From the NCBI RefSeq assembly GCF_016127575.1, contig NZ_CP066018.1, positions 150,001 to 182,000 on the forward strand: DNA of 32,000 bases, read 5' to 3'. How positions within the stretch are numbered: the first letter of the stretch is position 1; every line of letters starts with the position of its first letter. Under the pieces are notes generated by a model. The model did not search any database. It was not told the DNA's origin and saw nothing but the letters and a program-made list of their open reading frames with translations. Origin of the DNA: Cupriavidus necator (lineage in GTDB: Bacteria > Pseudomonadota > Gammaproteobacteria > Burkholderiales > Burkholderiaceae). This document shows, piece after piece, positions 23,130 to 31,915 of the stretch. The position numbers and the translations under genes are program-made.

Positions 23130-23768
23130 TCAGTCAAAGAGCCAGGGCTCCAATTGCCGCCGCGCCTGCTCGTAATCCCGGATCTGCCCGGCATGGCGCA
23201 GCGCCAGCGCGATATCGTCCAGGCCGTTCAGCAGGCAGTGCTGCTTGAACGGATCCAGCGTGAAGGCAATGGCCTCGCCCGACGGCGTCACCACCTGCAG
23301 CGCGGCCAGGTCCACCTGCAGCCGGTAGCCCGGCGTGGCCGCGGTCTCGGCGAACAGGCGCTCGACCACGTCCGGCGCCGCCACGATCGGCAGCAGGCCG
23401 TTCTTCAGGCAGTTGTTGTAGAAGATATCGGCAAAGCTGGGCGCGATCAGCGCGCGCAGGCCGAAGTCCTCCAGCGCCCACGGCGCATGCTCGCGCGATG
23501 AGCCGCAACCGAAGTTCTCGCGCGCCAGCAGGATCGAGGCGCCGCGGTAGCGCGGCTGGTTCAGCACGAAATCCGGGTTGAGGGGCCGGCTGCTGCAGTC
23601 CTGTCCGGGCTCGCCGTGGTCCAGGTAGCGCCAGTCGTCGAACAGGTAGGGGCCGAAGCCGCTGCGCCGGATCGACTTCAGGAACTGCTTGGGCAGGATG
23701 GCGTCGGTATCGACATTGGCTCGGTCCAGCGGCGCCACCAGGCCGTCCAGCGTAGTAAAGGCTCTCAT
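23130..23768 (-). CDS. leuD: 3-isopropylmalate dehydratase small subunit-type protein (LeuD family)
   Basis: Close to canonical LeuD throughout ([53 protein letters not shown]). 212 aa. No leuB is adjacent, so this is likely a pathway-specific paralogue. Confidence 0.9.
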   Translation of the reverse strand: MRAFTTLDGLVAPLDRANVDTDAILPKQFLKSIRRSGFGPYLFDDWRYLDHGEPGQDCSSRPLNPDFVLNQPRYRGASILLARENFGCGSSREHAPWALEDFGLRALIAPSFADIFYNNCLKNGLLPIVAAPDVVERLFAETAATPGYRLQVDLAALQVVTPSGEAIAFTLDPFKQHCLLNGLDDIALALRHAGQIRDYEQARRQLEPWLFD

Positions 23769-23789
23769 TGCTCGGTTTCCTCCGGTGGT

Positions 23790-25205
23790 CTACAGCGAGC
23801 GCACATCGATGAAGTGGCCCGCCACCGCGGCCGCGGCCGCCATCTGCGGGCTGACCAGGTGGGTACGCCCGCCCGGCCCCTGCCTGCCTTCGAAGTTGCG
23901 GTTGGAAGTGGAAGCGCAGCGTTCGCCGGCCGCCAGGCGGTCATCGTTCATGCCCAGGCACATCGAGCAGCCCGGTTCGCGCCATTCGAAGCCGGCGGCG
24001 ATGAACACCTGGTCCAGCCCCTCGGCCTCGGCCTGCGACTTGACCAGCCCGGAGCCCGGTACCGCCAGCGCCTGCCTGATGCGCGGCGAGACATGGCGCC
24101 CGCGCAGCACCGCCGCCGCGGCGCGCAGGTCTTCCAGGCGCGCATTGGTGCATGAGCCGATGAATACCTTGTCCAGCGCGACCGCCTCGATCGGCGTATT
24201 CGGCAGCAGGCCCATGTAGTCCAGCGCCTGCTCGATGCTCTTGCGCCGCACCGGGTCGCGCTCGTCGCGCGGATCGGGAATGCGCTCGCCGACGGCCACC
24301 ACCATTTCCGGCGAGGTGCCCCAGGTCACGTGCGGGCGGATCGCGGTGGCATCCAGCTCCACCACGGCATCGAAGGCGGCGCCCGGATCGCTGCGCAGCG
24401 TGCGCCAGTAGCCGGTGGCGGCGTCCCACATCGCACCGGCCGGTGCTTGCGGGCGGCCGTCCAGGTAGGCCAGCGTGGTTTCATCCACCGCCACCATGCC
24501 GGCGCGCGCGCCCGCTTCGATCGCCATGTTGCACACGGTCATGCGCGCCTCCATGCTGAGGCCGCGGATCGTGCTGCCGGCAAACTCGATCACGTGGCCG
24601 GTGGCGCCGGCAGTGCCGATACGGCCGATCAGCGCCAGCGCGATATCCTTGGCGGACACGCCACGGGGCAGCTCGCCGTCCACCCGCACCTGCATCGACC
24701 TGGGCTTCTTCATCCACAGGCATTGCGCGGCCAGCACCTGCTCCACTTCGGAAGTGCCGATGCCGAACGCAAACGCTGCGAACGCGCCGTGTGTTGACGT
24801 GTGCGAGTCGCCGCAGGCAATGCTCATGCCGGGCAAGGTGGCGCCGCGCTCCGGACCGACCACGTGCAGGATGCCCTGGCGCGGATCGTCCATGCCGAAA
24901 TTGACGATGCCGGTGTCTGCGCAGTTCTGGTCCAGGGCCTCGACCTGCGCGCGGCTGACGGGATCGGCAATGCCCAGCTTGCGCGCGGTGGTCGGCACGT
25001 TGTGGTCGGCCGTTGCCAGCACGGAAGCGGCGCGCCACACCTTGCGCGCGTTCAGGCGCAGGCCTTCGAAGGCCTGCGGGCTGGTCACCTCGTTGACCAG
25101 GTGGCGGTCGATATAGATCAGCGCGGGTCCGTCCGGCTCCTGGTGGATCACGTGGCTGGCCCAGAGCTTGTCGAGCAGGCTCGCCGGGCGGTCGGGTTCG
25201 GTCAT
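23790..25205 (-). CDS. leuC: 3-isopropylmalate dehydratase large subunit-type protein (LeuC / aconitase family)
   Basis: Start at [19 protein letters not shown] (ATG 25205, SD AAGGAGA). Aconitase-family motifs [24 protein letters not shown] and CSMCLGMN (Fe-S Cys ligands). 471 aa. Confidence 0.92.
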   Translation of the reverse strand: MTEPDRPASLLDKLWASHVIHQEPDGPALIYIDRHLVNEVTSPQAFEGLRLNARKVWRAASVLATADHNVPTTARKLGIADPVSRAQVEALDQNCADTGIVNFGMDDPRQGILHVVGPERGATLPGMSIACGDSHTSTHGAFAAFAFGIGTSEVEQVLAAQCLWMKKPRSMQVRVDGELPRGVSAKDIALALIGRIGTAGATGHVIEFAGSTIRGLSMEARMTVCNMAIEAGARAGMVAVDETTLAYLDGRPQAPAGAMWDAATGYWRTLRSDPGAAFDAVVELDATAIRPHVTWGTSPEMVVAVGERIPDPRDERDPVRRKSIEQALDYMGLLPNTPIEAVALDKVFIGSCTNARLEDLRAAAAVLRGRHVSPRIRQALAVPGSGLVKSQAEAEGLDQVFIAAGFEWREPGCSMCLGMNDDRLAAGERCASTSNRNFEGRQGPGGRTHLVSPQMAAAAAVAGHFIDVRSL

Positions 25206-25242
25206 GGGGGTCTCTCCTTGTATTTCTCGTGGCGGACGCGGG

Positions 25243-26187
25243 TTACCTTGCGCCCACCCACTCAGGCACCGGATGCAGCTCGGTGGTCTTGCCGGCCTTG
25301 ACCACCTGCCCGGAAATATCGTGTCCGACCAGCGCCGGCAGCTCGCGCGCCGCGCCGAGCAGCCGGTCCAGGTCGACACCGGTGTCGATGCCGGAAGACT
25401 CCAGCATGTGCACCAGGTCTTCCGTGCAGATGTTGCCGGTCGCGCCCGGCGCAAAGGGGCAGCCGCCCAGCCCGCCCAGCGACGCATCGAAACTGTCCAC
25501 GCCCGCCGCCAGGCCGGCCAGCACATTGGCCAGGCCCATGCCGCGCGTGTTGTGGAAATGCAGGGTCAGCGGCACGCCCGGGAACCAGCGCAGGAACGCC
25601 TCGACCAGCTTGCTCACCTGGCGCGGGTCGGCCATGCCGGTGGTATCGGCCAGCGTGATGCTGTCCATGCCCAGGTCCAGGTAGCGGCCCGCGGCCCACT
25701 TCACCCGTTCCGGCGCGATCTCGCCTTCGAACGGGCAGCCGAACGCGGTCGCCACGCAGCCGCTGACGGCCAGCTCGGCCGACTGCGCCAGCTGCATCAC
25801 GCCGCGGAACTGCTCCAGCGACTGGTCGCAGGTCATGCGCATGTTGGCCAGGTTGTGCGTCTCGCTGGCGGACATCACCAGGTTGATCTCGTCGAGGTCG
25901 CACTCCAGTGCGCGCTCGCAGCCGCGCGCATTGGGCACCAGCGCGGTGTAGACCACGTCCCGTTGGCGGCGGATGCCTTTCGCGACCGCCCCTGCATCGC
26001 GCAGGTTCGGGATCGCCTTGGGCGAGACAAACGAGGTGATCTCGATCCTGGCCAGGCCGGTTTCCGAGAGGCGGTCGATCAGCGCGATCTTCTGTTCGGT
26101 GGGGACGAATTCCGGCTCGATCTGGAAGCCGTCGCGCACGGACACTTCATTGATGCGCACGCGCCGGGGGGCGTTAGGAAGCCACAT
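25243..26187 (-). CDS. hydroxymethylglutaryl-CoA lyase family (HMGL-like) acyl-CoA lyase
   Basis: [12 protein letters not shown] start, TIM-barrel pattern with ...[23 protein letters not shown]...[21 protein letters not shown]. 314 aa. Confidence 0.88.
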   Translation of the reverse strand: MWLPNAPRRVRINEVSVRDGFQIEPEFVPTEQKIALIDRLSETGLARIEITSFVSPKAIPNLRDAGAVAKGIRRQRDVVYTALVPNARGCERALECDLDEINLVMSASETHNLANMRMTCDQSLEQFRGVMQLAQSAELAVSGCVATAFGCPFEGEIAPERVKWAAGRYLDLGMDSITLADTTGMADPRQVSKLVEAFLRWFPGVPLTLHFHNTRGMGLANVLAGLAAGVDSFDASLGGLGGCPFAPGATGNICTEDLVHMLESSGIDTGVDLDRLLGAARELPALVGHDISGQVVKAGKTTELHPVPEWVGAR

Positions 26188-26223
26188 GGTTCTTTCCTTT
26201 CTTTCCTTTTCGTTGGGGCGGGC

Positions 26224-27435
26224 TCAGACCACGCCGGCGGCGCGCAGCGCGCGCAGCTCGTCGCCGGCAATACCGATGCCCGCCAGGATCTCTTCGGTGT
26301 GCTGGCCCAGTTCGGGGCCGATCCACCTGGTGCGCCCCGGGGTCCCGCTGAGCTTGGGCACGATGCCGGACAGCTCCACCGGCGAGCCATCCGGCAACTG
26401 GTGCGGCTCGATCATGTCGCGCGCGCGGTAGTGCGCGTCGCTGCTGATCTCCGCCGCGGTGTAGATCTTTCCGCAGGGCACGGCCGCGGCTTCCAGCGTT
26501 GCCAGCACTGTGTCGAGGTCATGCGCGGAGGTCCACGCGGTGATGGCGTCGTCGAGCATGGCGTTGTGCTGCACGCGCCCGTCGTTGTGCGCCAGGCGCG
26601 GGTCCTGGCCCAGGTCGTCGCGGCCGATGGCGGCCATGAAGCGCCGGAAGATGGCGTCGCCGTTGCCGGCAATGATCACGTACTGGCCGTCCTGGCACGG
26701 ATACGTATTCGACGGCGAGATGCCCGGCAGGCTGGCGCCCGAACGCTCGCGCACATGGCCGAACTTGGCGTACTCCGGCACCAGGCTCTCCATCACGGCA
26801 AAGACCGACTCATAGAGCGCCACGTCGACAAACTGCCCTTCGCCCTGGTTGGCGCGCAGGTGGTGCATGGCCAGCAAGGCGCCGATGACGCCATACAGCG
26901 ATGCCAGCGTGTCGCCGATGCTCACGCCCGAGCGCACCGGCGGCCGGTCGGGATAGCCGCTGACATAGCGCAGCCCGCCCATCGATTCCGCAATCGCGGC
27001 AAAGCCGGGGCGGTCCTTGTAGGGTCCGGTCTGGCCGTAGCCGGAGATGCGCACCATGACCAGCGCGGGGTTCACCTTGCGCAGGTCCTCCCAGCCCAGG
27101 CCCCATTTCTCGAGCGTGCCGGGGCGGAAGTTCTCGATCACGATATCGGCTTCGGTGACCAGCTTGCGCACGATCTCCTGGCCCTGCGCCGAACGCAGGT
27201 CCAGCGTCAGCGACTTCTTGTTGCGGCTCTGGCTATACCACCAGAGCGAGGTGCCTTCATACAGCTTGCGCCACTTGCGCAGCGGGTCGCCGTCCTTGGG
27301 CGATTCGATCTTCAGCACTTCGGCGCCGAACTGCGCGAGCAGTCCGCCCGCATACGGGCCTGCGATCAGCGAGCCGAGTTCGATCACGCGGACGCCCTGC
27401 AGCGGCATCGTTCCGTTGTTCGCTTCGTTAGCCAT
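26224..27435 (-). CDS. CaiB/BaiF family (class III) CoA-transferase
   Basis: Start at MANEANNGTMPLQGVRVIELGSLIAGPYAGGLLAQFGAEVLKIE (ATG 27435). 403 aa, typical of the family. The upstream 62 aa of the track ORF are not protein-like. Confidence 0.88.
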   Translation of the reverse strand: MANEANNGTMPLQGVRVIELGSLIAGPYAGGLLAQFGAEVLKIESPKDGDPLRKWRKLYEGTSLWWYSQSRNKKSLTLDLRSAQGQEIVRKLVTEADIVIENFRPGTLEKWGLGWEDLRKVNPALVMVRISGYGQTGPYKDRPGFAAIAESMGGLRYVSGYPDRPPVRSGVSIGDTLASLYGVIGALLAMHHLRANQGEGQFVDVALYESVFAVMESLVPEYAKFGHVRERSGASLPGISPSNTYPCQDGQYVIIAGNGDAIFRRFMAAIGRDDLGQDPRLAHNDGRVQHNAMLDDAITAWTSAHDLDTVLATLEAAAVPCGKIYTAAEISSDAHYRARDMIEPHQLPDGSPVELSGIVPKLSGTPGRTRWIGPELGQHTEEILAGIGIAGDELRALRAAGVV

Positions 27436-27556
27436 GGCGGTTTGCTGCTCCTGTGGATACGGTGGTCTGTGATGCAAGATTGGAAGAACCCGCGCGCGCG
27501 GTAAAGCAACCATTGGCGAGCCCGCCATCGCGAAAAACGATGGCAGCGCTGGCGCG

Positions 27557-28444
27557 CTATTCATCCTCGCGCAGCCGGTCCACCAGCAGCCGCGCCACCG
27601 CGGACAGGCCCTCATACGCACGCACGCCGATCACCAGCTGGCGCGCGGCCCACGCTTCATCGAGCGCGACGGTGCGGATGCCAAGGGTCTGCTGGTAAGG
27701 CCCGGCACTGGACCTGGGCAGGATTCCCAGGCCCAGTCCCGCCTGCACCATCAGGCACAGCGCGTCGTAGCCGGGCACGTGGATGCGCGGCTTGAACACG
27801 CGGCCGGCCTCGCTGGCAGCCTTGGCCAGCTGCAGGTGGATCTGGCTGCCTGCGTGCAGGCTGACGAAGTCGTAGTCGAAGGCCTCGCGGATGGTCACCG
27901 AGTGCCGCCCGGCCAGCGGATGCGCGCCGGGCACCACCACGACCAGTTCGTCGCGCCGGTAGGGGAACGTCTCCAGCTCCGCACCCACCGCGCCCGCGGT
28001 GAAGATGCCGATGTCCGCGGCGTTCTCGGCCACCGCGCGCACGATGGCGGTGCTGACGCGCTCTTCCAGGTGCACGTCGATCAGCGGGTACTCGGCCAGG
28101 AACGACTTGAGCTGCGCCGGCAGGAACTGCGTGATGGCCGAGATATTGGCCATCACCCTCACCTGCCCGCGCAAGCCGCCGCCGTAGTCGCGCATGCGCA
28201 CCAGGATGTCATCGAGGTTGTGCAGCACGCCGCGCGCCAGGTGCGCCAGCTCCATCCCGGCCATGGTCGGCTGCACGCCCTTGTTGCTGCGCATCAGCAA
28301 GGCGGTGCCCAGCCCCTGCTCCAGTTCGCTCACGCGCTTGCTGACCGCGGCCGCGGCAAGGTGCGCGTGCTCCGCCGCCGCGGCGATGGAGCCGGTTTCG
28401 GCCACGGCGACAAACAGGCGCAGCGAAGTGGGGTCGAGTCTCAT
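27557..28444 (-). CDS. LysR family transcriptional regulator
   Basis: N-terminal wHTH (LRLFVAVAETGSIAAAAEHAHLAAAAVSKRVSELEQGLGTALLMRSNKG) plus a LysR substrate-binding domain. SD GGGAGA. 295 aa. Located directly upstream of, and co-directional with, the catabolic cluster. Confidence 0.92.
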   Translation of the reverse strand: MRLDPTSLRLFVAVAETGSIAAAAEHAHLAAAAVSKRVSELEQGLGTALLMRSNKGVQPTMAGMELAHLARGVLHNLDDILVRMRDYGGGLRGQVRVMANISAITQFLPAQLKSFLAEYPLIDVHLEERVSTAIVRAVAENAADIGIFTAGAVGAELETFPYRRDELVVVVPGAHPLAGRHSVTIREAFDYDFVSLHAGSQIHLQLAKAASEAGRVFKPRIHVPGYDALCLMVQAGLGLGILPRSSAGPYQQTLGIRTVALDEAWAARQLVIGVRAYEGLSAVARLLVDRLREDE

Positions 28445-28492
28445 GATGCGATGTCTCCCGGATCCGGTGGCCTGCGATGGCCCCGGCCCTTG

Positions 28493-28527
28493 TGTTGCAT
28501 GCGGTCCGTTGCGGCTAAAATACGGCC
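28493..28527 (+). promoter_or_regulatory. candidate promoter giving a leaderless IclR transcript
   Basis: TAAAAT at 28516-28521 ends 6 nt before the ATG at 28528, with no SD in between. A TTGC-containing -35-like region (TGTTGCAT, 28493-28500) lies 15-17 nt upstream. Confidence 0.3.
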
Positions 28528-29382
28528 ATGACCTCCGCCGCCAAACCGTCCGCCCCCGTCGACAACGACGCTCCGCCGAAGCTCGAGGAAGGCCACCGCG
28601 ACTACGTCGCGGCGCTGGCGCGGGGCCTGGCGGTGATCCAGGCCTTTACCGAGACCACGCCGGAACTGACGCTGAGCGAAGTGGCGCAGGCCACCGGCAT
28701 GACGCCCGCGACCGCGCGCCGCGCGCTGCTGACGCTGCAGGCGCTGGGCTATATCGGCGCCAACGGCCGCCGCTTCGTGCTGCTGCCCAAGGTGCTGTCG
28801 CTGGGCGCCGCCTTCCTCAGCTCGATGAACCTGCGCGACATCGTGCAGCCGTTCCTGCAGGAGGTGGCCGAGCGCTTCCGCGATTCGGTCTCGCTTGCCA
28901 TCCTCGACGGCGACAGCGTGGTCTACCTGGCGCATGTGCCCAGCCGCCGGCGCATCGCCTTCCGGGCTTCGGTGGGTTACCGGCTGCCGGTCCATTGCAC
29001 CTCCCTTGGCCTGGCCTTGCTGGCGCACGCGCCCAAGGCCCAGCAGAACAAGATCCTCGACAAGGCGCCATTCCAGAAATTCACCCCGCTGACACTCAGC
29101 GATGCCGACGCGCTGCGCGCGGCGCTGGCACGCGCGCTCGAGCAGGGCTATGCCATCCAGGACAGCCAGCTGGAGCTGGGCGTGCTGTCGATCGCCGTGC
29201 CGGTGCGTGACCCGCAACAGCGCGTGATCGCCGCCATCAACTGCTCCACCGAAACCGAGCGCACCAGCCCGGACGAACTGGTCGCCACCCGGCTGCCGGC
29301 GCTGCGCGAAGCCGCCGCGTCGATCGAGGCGGCGATCCGGCGCGCACCGGCGCTGGCGCACTCCATTACCGCCGCCTCCTGA
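28528..29382 (+). CDS. IclR family transcriptional regulator (PcaR/PobR-like)
   Basis: DYVAALARGLAVIQAF...LTLSEVAQATGMTPATARRALLTLQALGYI... is the HTH, followed by an IclR effector domain (LPVHCTSLGLALLA..., GVLSIAVPVRD). 284 aa. Confidence 0.9.
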   Translation: MTSAAKPSAPVDNDAPPKLEEGHRDYVAALARGLAVIQAFTETTPELTLSEVAQATGMTPATARRALLTLQALGYIGANGRRFVLLPKVLSLGAAFLSSMNLRDIVQPFLQEVAERFRDSVSLAILDGDSVVYLAHVPSRRRIAFRASVGYRLPVHCTSLGLALLAHAPKAQQNKILDKAPFQKFTPLTLSDADALRAALARALEQGYAIQDSQLELGVLSIAVPVRDPQQRVIAAINCSTETERTSPDELVATRLPALREAAASIEAAIRRAPALAHSITAAS

Positions 29383-29400
29383 GCGGCCTCGCGCGCCGGC

Positions 29401-30240
29401 TTACTGCGCCGTTTCAGGCTGCAGCACGATATCCAGGTTGACCAGCTGGTAGCCGTCGCGCTCCGGGTGCGGCAGCGCGTCGACGATGTGGTCGTCGATG
29501 GTTGAGAAGATGCAGTCGACCGGATTGGCCGGATCACCGGCGAAATACAGCTGCGACGTCAGGTTCCGGTAGCCTGGCTGCATCACCCGGTAGTGGATGT
29601 GCGGCGCGCGCTGCCGGTTGCGGCCCAGCCGCTTCATCAGCACGCCCACTTCGGTATCCTCGCGGCCGATGATGTAGCCACCCGGGCGGATGGTGAACAC
29701 CTGGAAGCTGCCATCGGCCTCGCAACGCAGCTTGCCGCGCAGGTTGTCTTCCGACTGCGAGTCATCTTCGTTCTCATAGCGGCCGAACTGGTTGGGCTGC
29801 CATACGATCATCATCGCGCCCGGTACCGGCTTGCCGGTGGCGGCATCCAGCACGCGGCCGCGCACCTCCAGCCGCTGGCCAGGCTCGTCGTCGGTGGCGA
29901 TATGGCATGGGTTGGAGCCTTCGGCGATCTCGTCCTTGGGGAACGGACCGGTCACGTTCTGCGGCGTGGCGTGGTCATCGGTGCGTGCCAGGTCCAGCGC
30001 GCGCATGGTCAGGCCCATCATGTCGCACAGCATGATCAGTTCATCCTGCTGGGCCACCTTGCCTATCCAGGTGGCGATCCGGTAGAGCTGCCGGTCGGTC
30101 AGCTTCAGTTCGTCCAGCATGGCGTGGAAGTGCTTCAGCGCCACGCGGAACTGCGCCTGCAGGACCGGGTCCGCGCCGGGCGCATCGCTGCACATGGCAT
30201 CGAAGGCGCGTTGCAGGGTGTAGTTGTCGGGGTTGTTCAT
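29401..30240 (-). CDS. intradiol ring-cleavage dioxygenase (catechol/hydroxyquinol 1,2-dioxygenase-like)
   Basis: Start at MNNPDNYTLQ (ATG 30240, SD GGAGA). Intradiol Fe(III) ligand motifs are intact: VWQPNQFGRY, RPGGYII, RAPHIHY. 279 aa. Confidence 0.85.
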   Translation of the reverse strand: MNNPDNYTLQRAFDAMCSDAPGADPVLQAQFRVALKHFHAMLDELKLTDRQLYRIATWIGKVAQQDELIMLCDMMGLTMRALDLARTDDHATPQNVTGPFPKDEIAEGSNPCHIATDDEPGQRLEVRGRVLDAATGKPVPGAMMIVWQPNQFGRYENEDDSQSEDNLRGKLRCEADGSFQVFTIRPGGYIIGREDTEVGVLMKRLGRNRQRAPHIHYRVMQPGYRNLTSQLYFAGDPANPVDCIFSTIDDHIVDALPHPERDGYQLVNLDIVLQPETAQ

Positions 30241-30262
30241 CGCTGTCTCCGGTGATTCTGTG

Positions 30263-31915
30263 TCAGTGGCTGGCGGCGGCCATGTCGATGGCGCGGGCGA
30301 ACAGGGTTCCATCCGCTTTCAGCTTGTGCTTGGCCGGCTTGTGCGTAGGGGTGTGCGGAATGGCATCCACGGCGACGACATAGCGCGGCAGCTTGTGCAC
30401 GGCCAGCCGGTCCCGAGCCCAGGCGAGCAACTCGCCCGGCTCGACCGACTGCCCGGGGCGGAACTGCACCGCCAGCAGGATCTCTTCTTCGCCCAGGTCC
30501 GCCGGCACGCCGATGGCCGCCGCTTCCTCGACTGCGGGGTGCTCGCCGAAGATGCGGTCGAGCTCGGCTCCCGACACGTTCTCGCCCTTGCGGCGGATCA
30601 CGTCCTTCTTGCGTGCGACGAACACGTAGTAGCCATCGCTGTCCTGGCGCACCAGATCGCCGGTGGCAAACCACCCGTCGCGGAACGCGGCCTCGGTCTG
30701 CACGGCGTCGCGGTAGTAGCCCTGCATCAGCGTCGGGGTGCGGATCAGCAGTTCGCCCGCGGCGCCGGGTGCCACGTCGTGGCCGTCGTCATCGACGATG
30801 CGCGCCTCGGGCACCGGCACGGCCGGGTCCGGGTGCGGCGAGATCAGGCCCATGGTGCCGAGCTTGTGCGGGCCGTTGAACGGATTGGCGATGACGCCGG
30901 GGATTTCCGTCATGCCGTAGCACTCGATCAGGCGCGGCACGTGGAATTCCTGCTTCATCACCCGCACCATCTCCTGGGTCTGCGGCGCAATGAACATCTT
31001 GGTAATGCGATGGCCCGGCACGAATTCCGCGCGCGGGCGCCGCGCCAGGATGCTGCCGGCGGCGGCCACCAGGTTGACCTCGGTCGCGCCGCTCTCGGCC
31101 GCGAAGCGCCAGAACGACGAGGCCGAGAAACGGCGCATCAGCACCAGGCAGCCGCCGCAGGCCAGCGCCCCGCCCACCGAATACATCAACGCATTGATAT
31201 GGAACAGCGGCATCACGCACATCACGCGCTCGTCCGGCTGCAAGTGCAGGCGGCCGACAAAGGCCTCGGCGGTCAGCACGTAGCCGCGATGGCTGTGCAT
31301 GGCGCCCTTGGGAAAGCCGGTGGTGCCTGAGGTGTAGATGATCAGGGCGGTGCTGCGGTCGCTGTCGACGCCCGGGGCAGCGTTGGCCGGCTGCGCCGCA
31401 TGCGCCGCGATCGATGCGGCCAGCGTCGGCACGCCGTGATCGCCATCCTCGTTGGCGCGCAGCCAGACGTCACCGCCCAGGTCCGCGGCCACGGCGGCGC
31501 CGGTCGCCAGCGTGCCGGGCGCGCACACCAGGCCGCACACCTGCGCGTGCCGGAATACGTACAGCGCCTCGTCGAGCCGGTACTCGGGATTGGCCGGCAC
31601 CATGGTCGCGCCGATACGGGCCAGCGCGAACATCAGCACCACGGTGGACGGATGGTTGGTCGAGAGCACGCCGACACGGTCGCCGGGTCCGACTTGCATC
31701 GCCTGCGCCAGCCAGTCCGCGGTGAGGCCGATCCGTTGGTCGAGCTGGCGATAGCTCCAGGTCTCGCCCTCGAACACAAGCGCCGGCTTGTCCGGGTGCG
31801 CCGCCACGCGGGCGGCAAGGAAACCGGTGAGCGTGGCATCGTGGGCGCGGTACTGCCTGAGCACATCGAGCGGCGCCACCAGCGCGTCGCCGGCCGGGGA
31901 TGCGAGCGGCTTCAT
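30263..31915 (-). CDS. AMP-dependent synthetase/ligase (acyl- or aryl-CoA synthetase)
   Basis: IIYTSGTTGFPKGAMHSH (AMP-binding motif), GWFATGDL, RKKDVIRRKGENVS, and the C-terminal Lys region. 550 aa. The ATG overlaps the upstream gene's stop (ATGA). Confidence 0.9.
   Translation of the reverse strand: MKPLASPAGDALVAPLDVLRQYRAHDATLTGFLAARVAAHPDKPALVFEGETWSYRQLDQRIGLTADWLAQAMQVGPGDRVGVLSTNHPSTVVLMFALARIGATMVPANPEYRLDEALYVFRHAQVCGLVCAPGTLATGAAVAADLGGDVWLRANEDGDHGVPTLAASIAAHAAQPANAAPGVDSDRSTALIIYTSGTTGFPKGAMHSHRGYVLTAEAFVGRLHLQPDERVMCVMPLFHINALMYSVGGALACGGCLVLMRRFSASSFWRFAAESGATEVNLVAAAGSILARRPRAEFVPGHRITKMFIAPQTQEMVRVMKQEFHVPRLIECYGMTEIPGVIANPFNGPHKLGTMGLISPHPDPAVPVPEARIVDDDGHDVAPGAAGELLIRTPTLMQGYYRDAVQTEAAFRDGWFATGDLVRQDSDGYYVFVARKKDVIRRKGENVSGAELDRIFGEHPAVEEAAAIGVPADLGEEEILLAVQFRPGQSVEPGELLAWARDRLAVHKLPRYVVAVDAIPHTPTHKPAKHKLKADGTLFARAIDMAAASH

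Noticed and set aside
23130-25205. Calling these the housekeeping leucine-biosynthesis leuCD
   Set aside because: The sequences are canonical-looking, but the context (no leuB or leuA, flanked by CoA-transferase, lyase and transport genes behind a LysR regulator) points to a catabolic paralogue. This cannot be settled without the rest of the genome, so I kept the family symbol only.
25168-27504. 778-aa plus-strand ORF spanning the lyase and CoA-transferase region
   Set aside because: It is the longest ORF in the area but crosses two well-supported minus-strand genes and their spacer. It is compositionally biased (Arg/Ala/Gly/His) and has no family resemblance.
27470-27545. LysR T-N11-A box or terminator in the LysR / CoA-transferase spacer
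   Set aside because: TGGCG-N4-CGCCA, GCCATCG-N7-CGATGGC and a (CG)n run are present. None fits the T-N11-A spacing, and the hairpin has its T-run in the loop rather than 3' of the stem. The evidence is too weak to annotate.
28441-31330. 306-aa minus-strand ORF opposite the IclR gene and 368-aa plus-strand ORF opposite the acyl-CoA synthetase
   Set aside because: These are shadow ORFs, and the opposite strands carry clear HTH/IclR and AMP-binding signatures.
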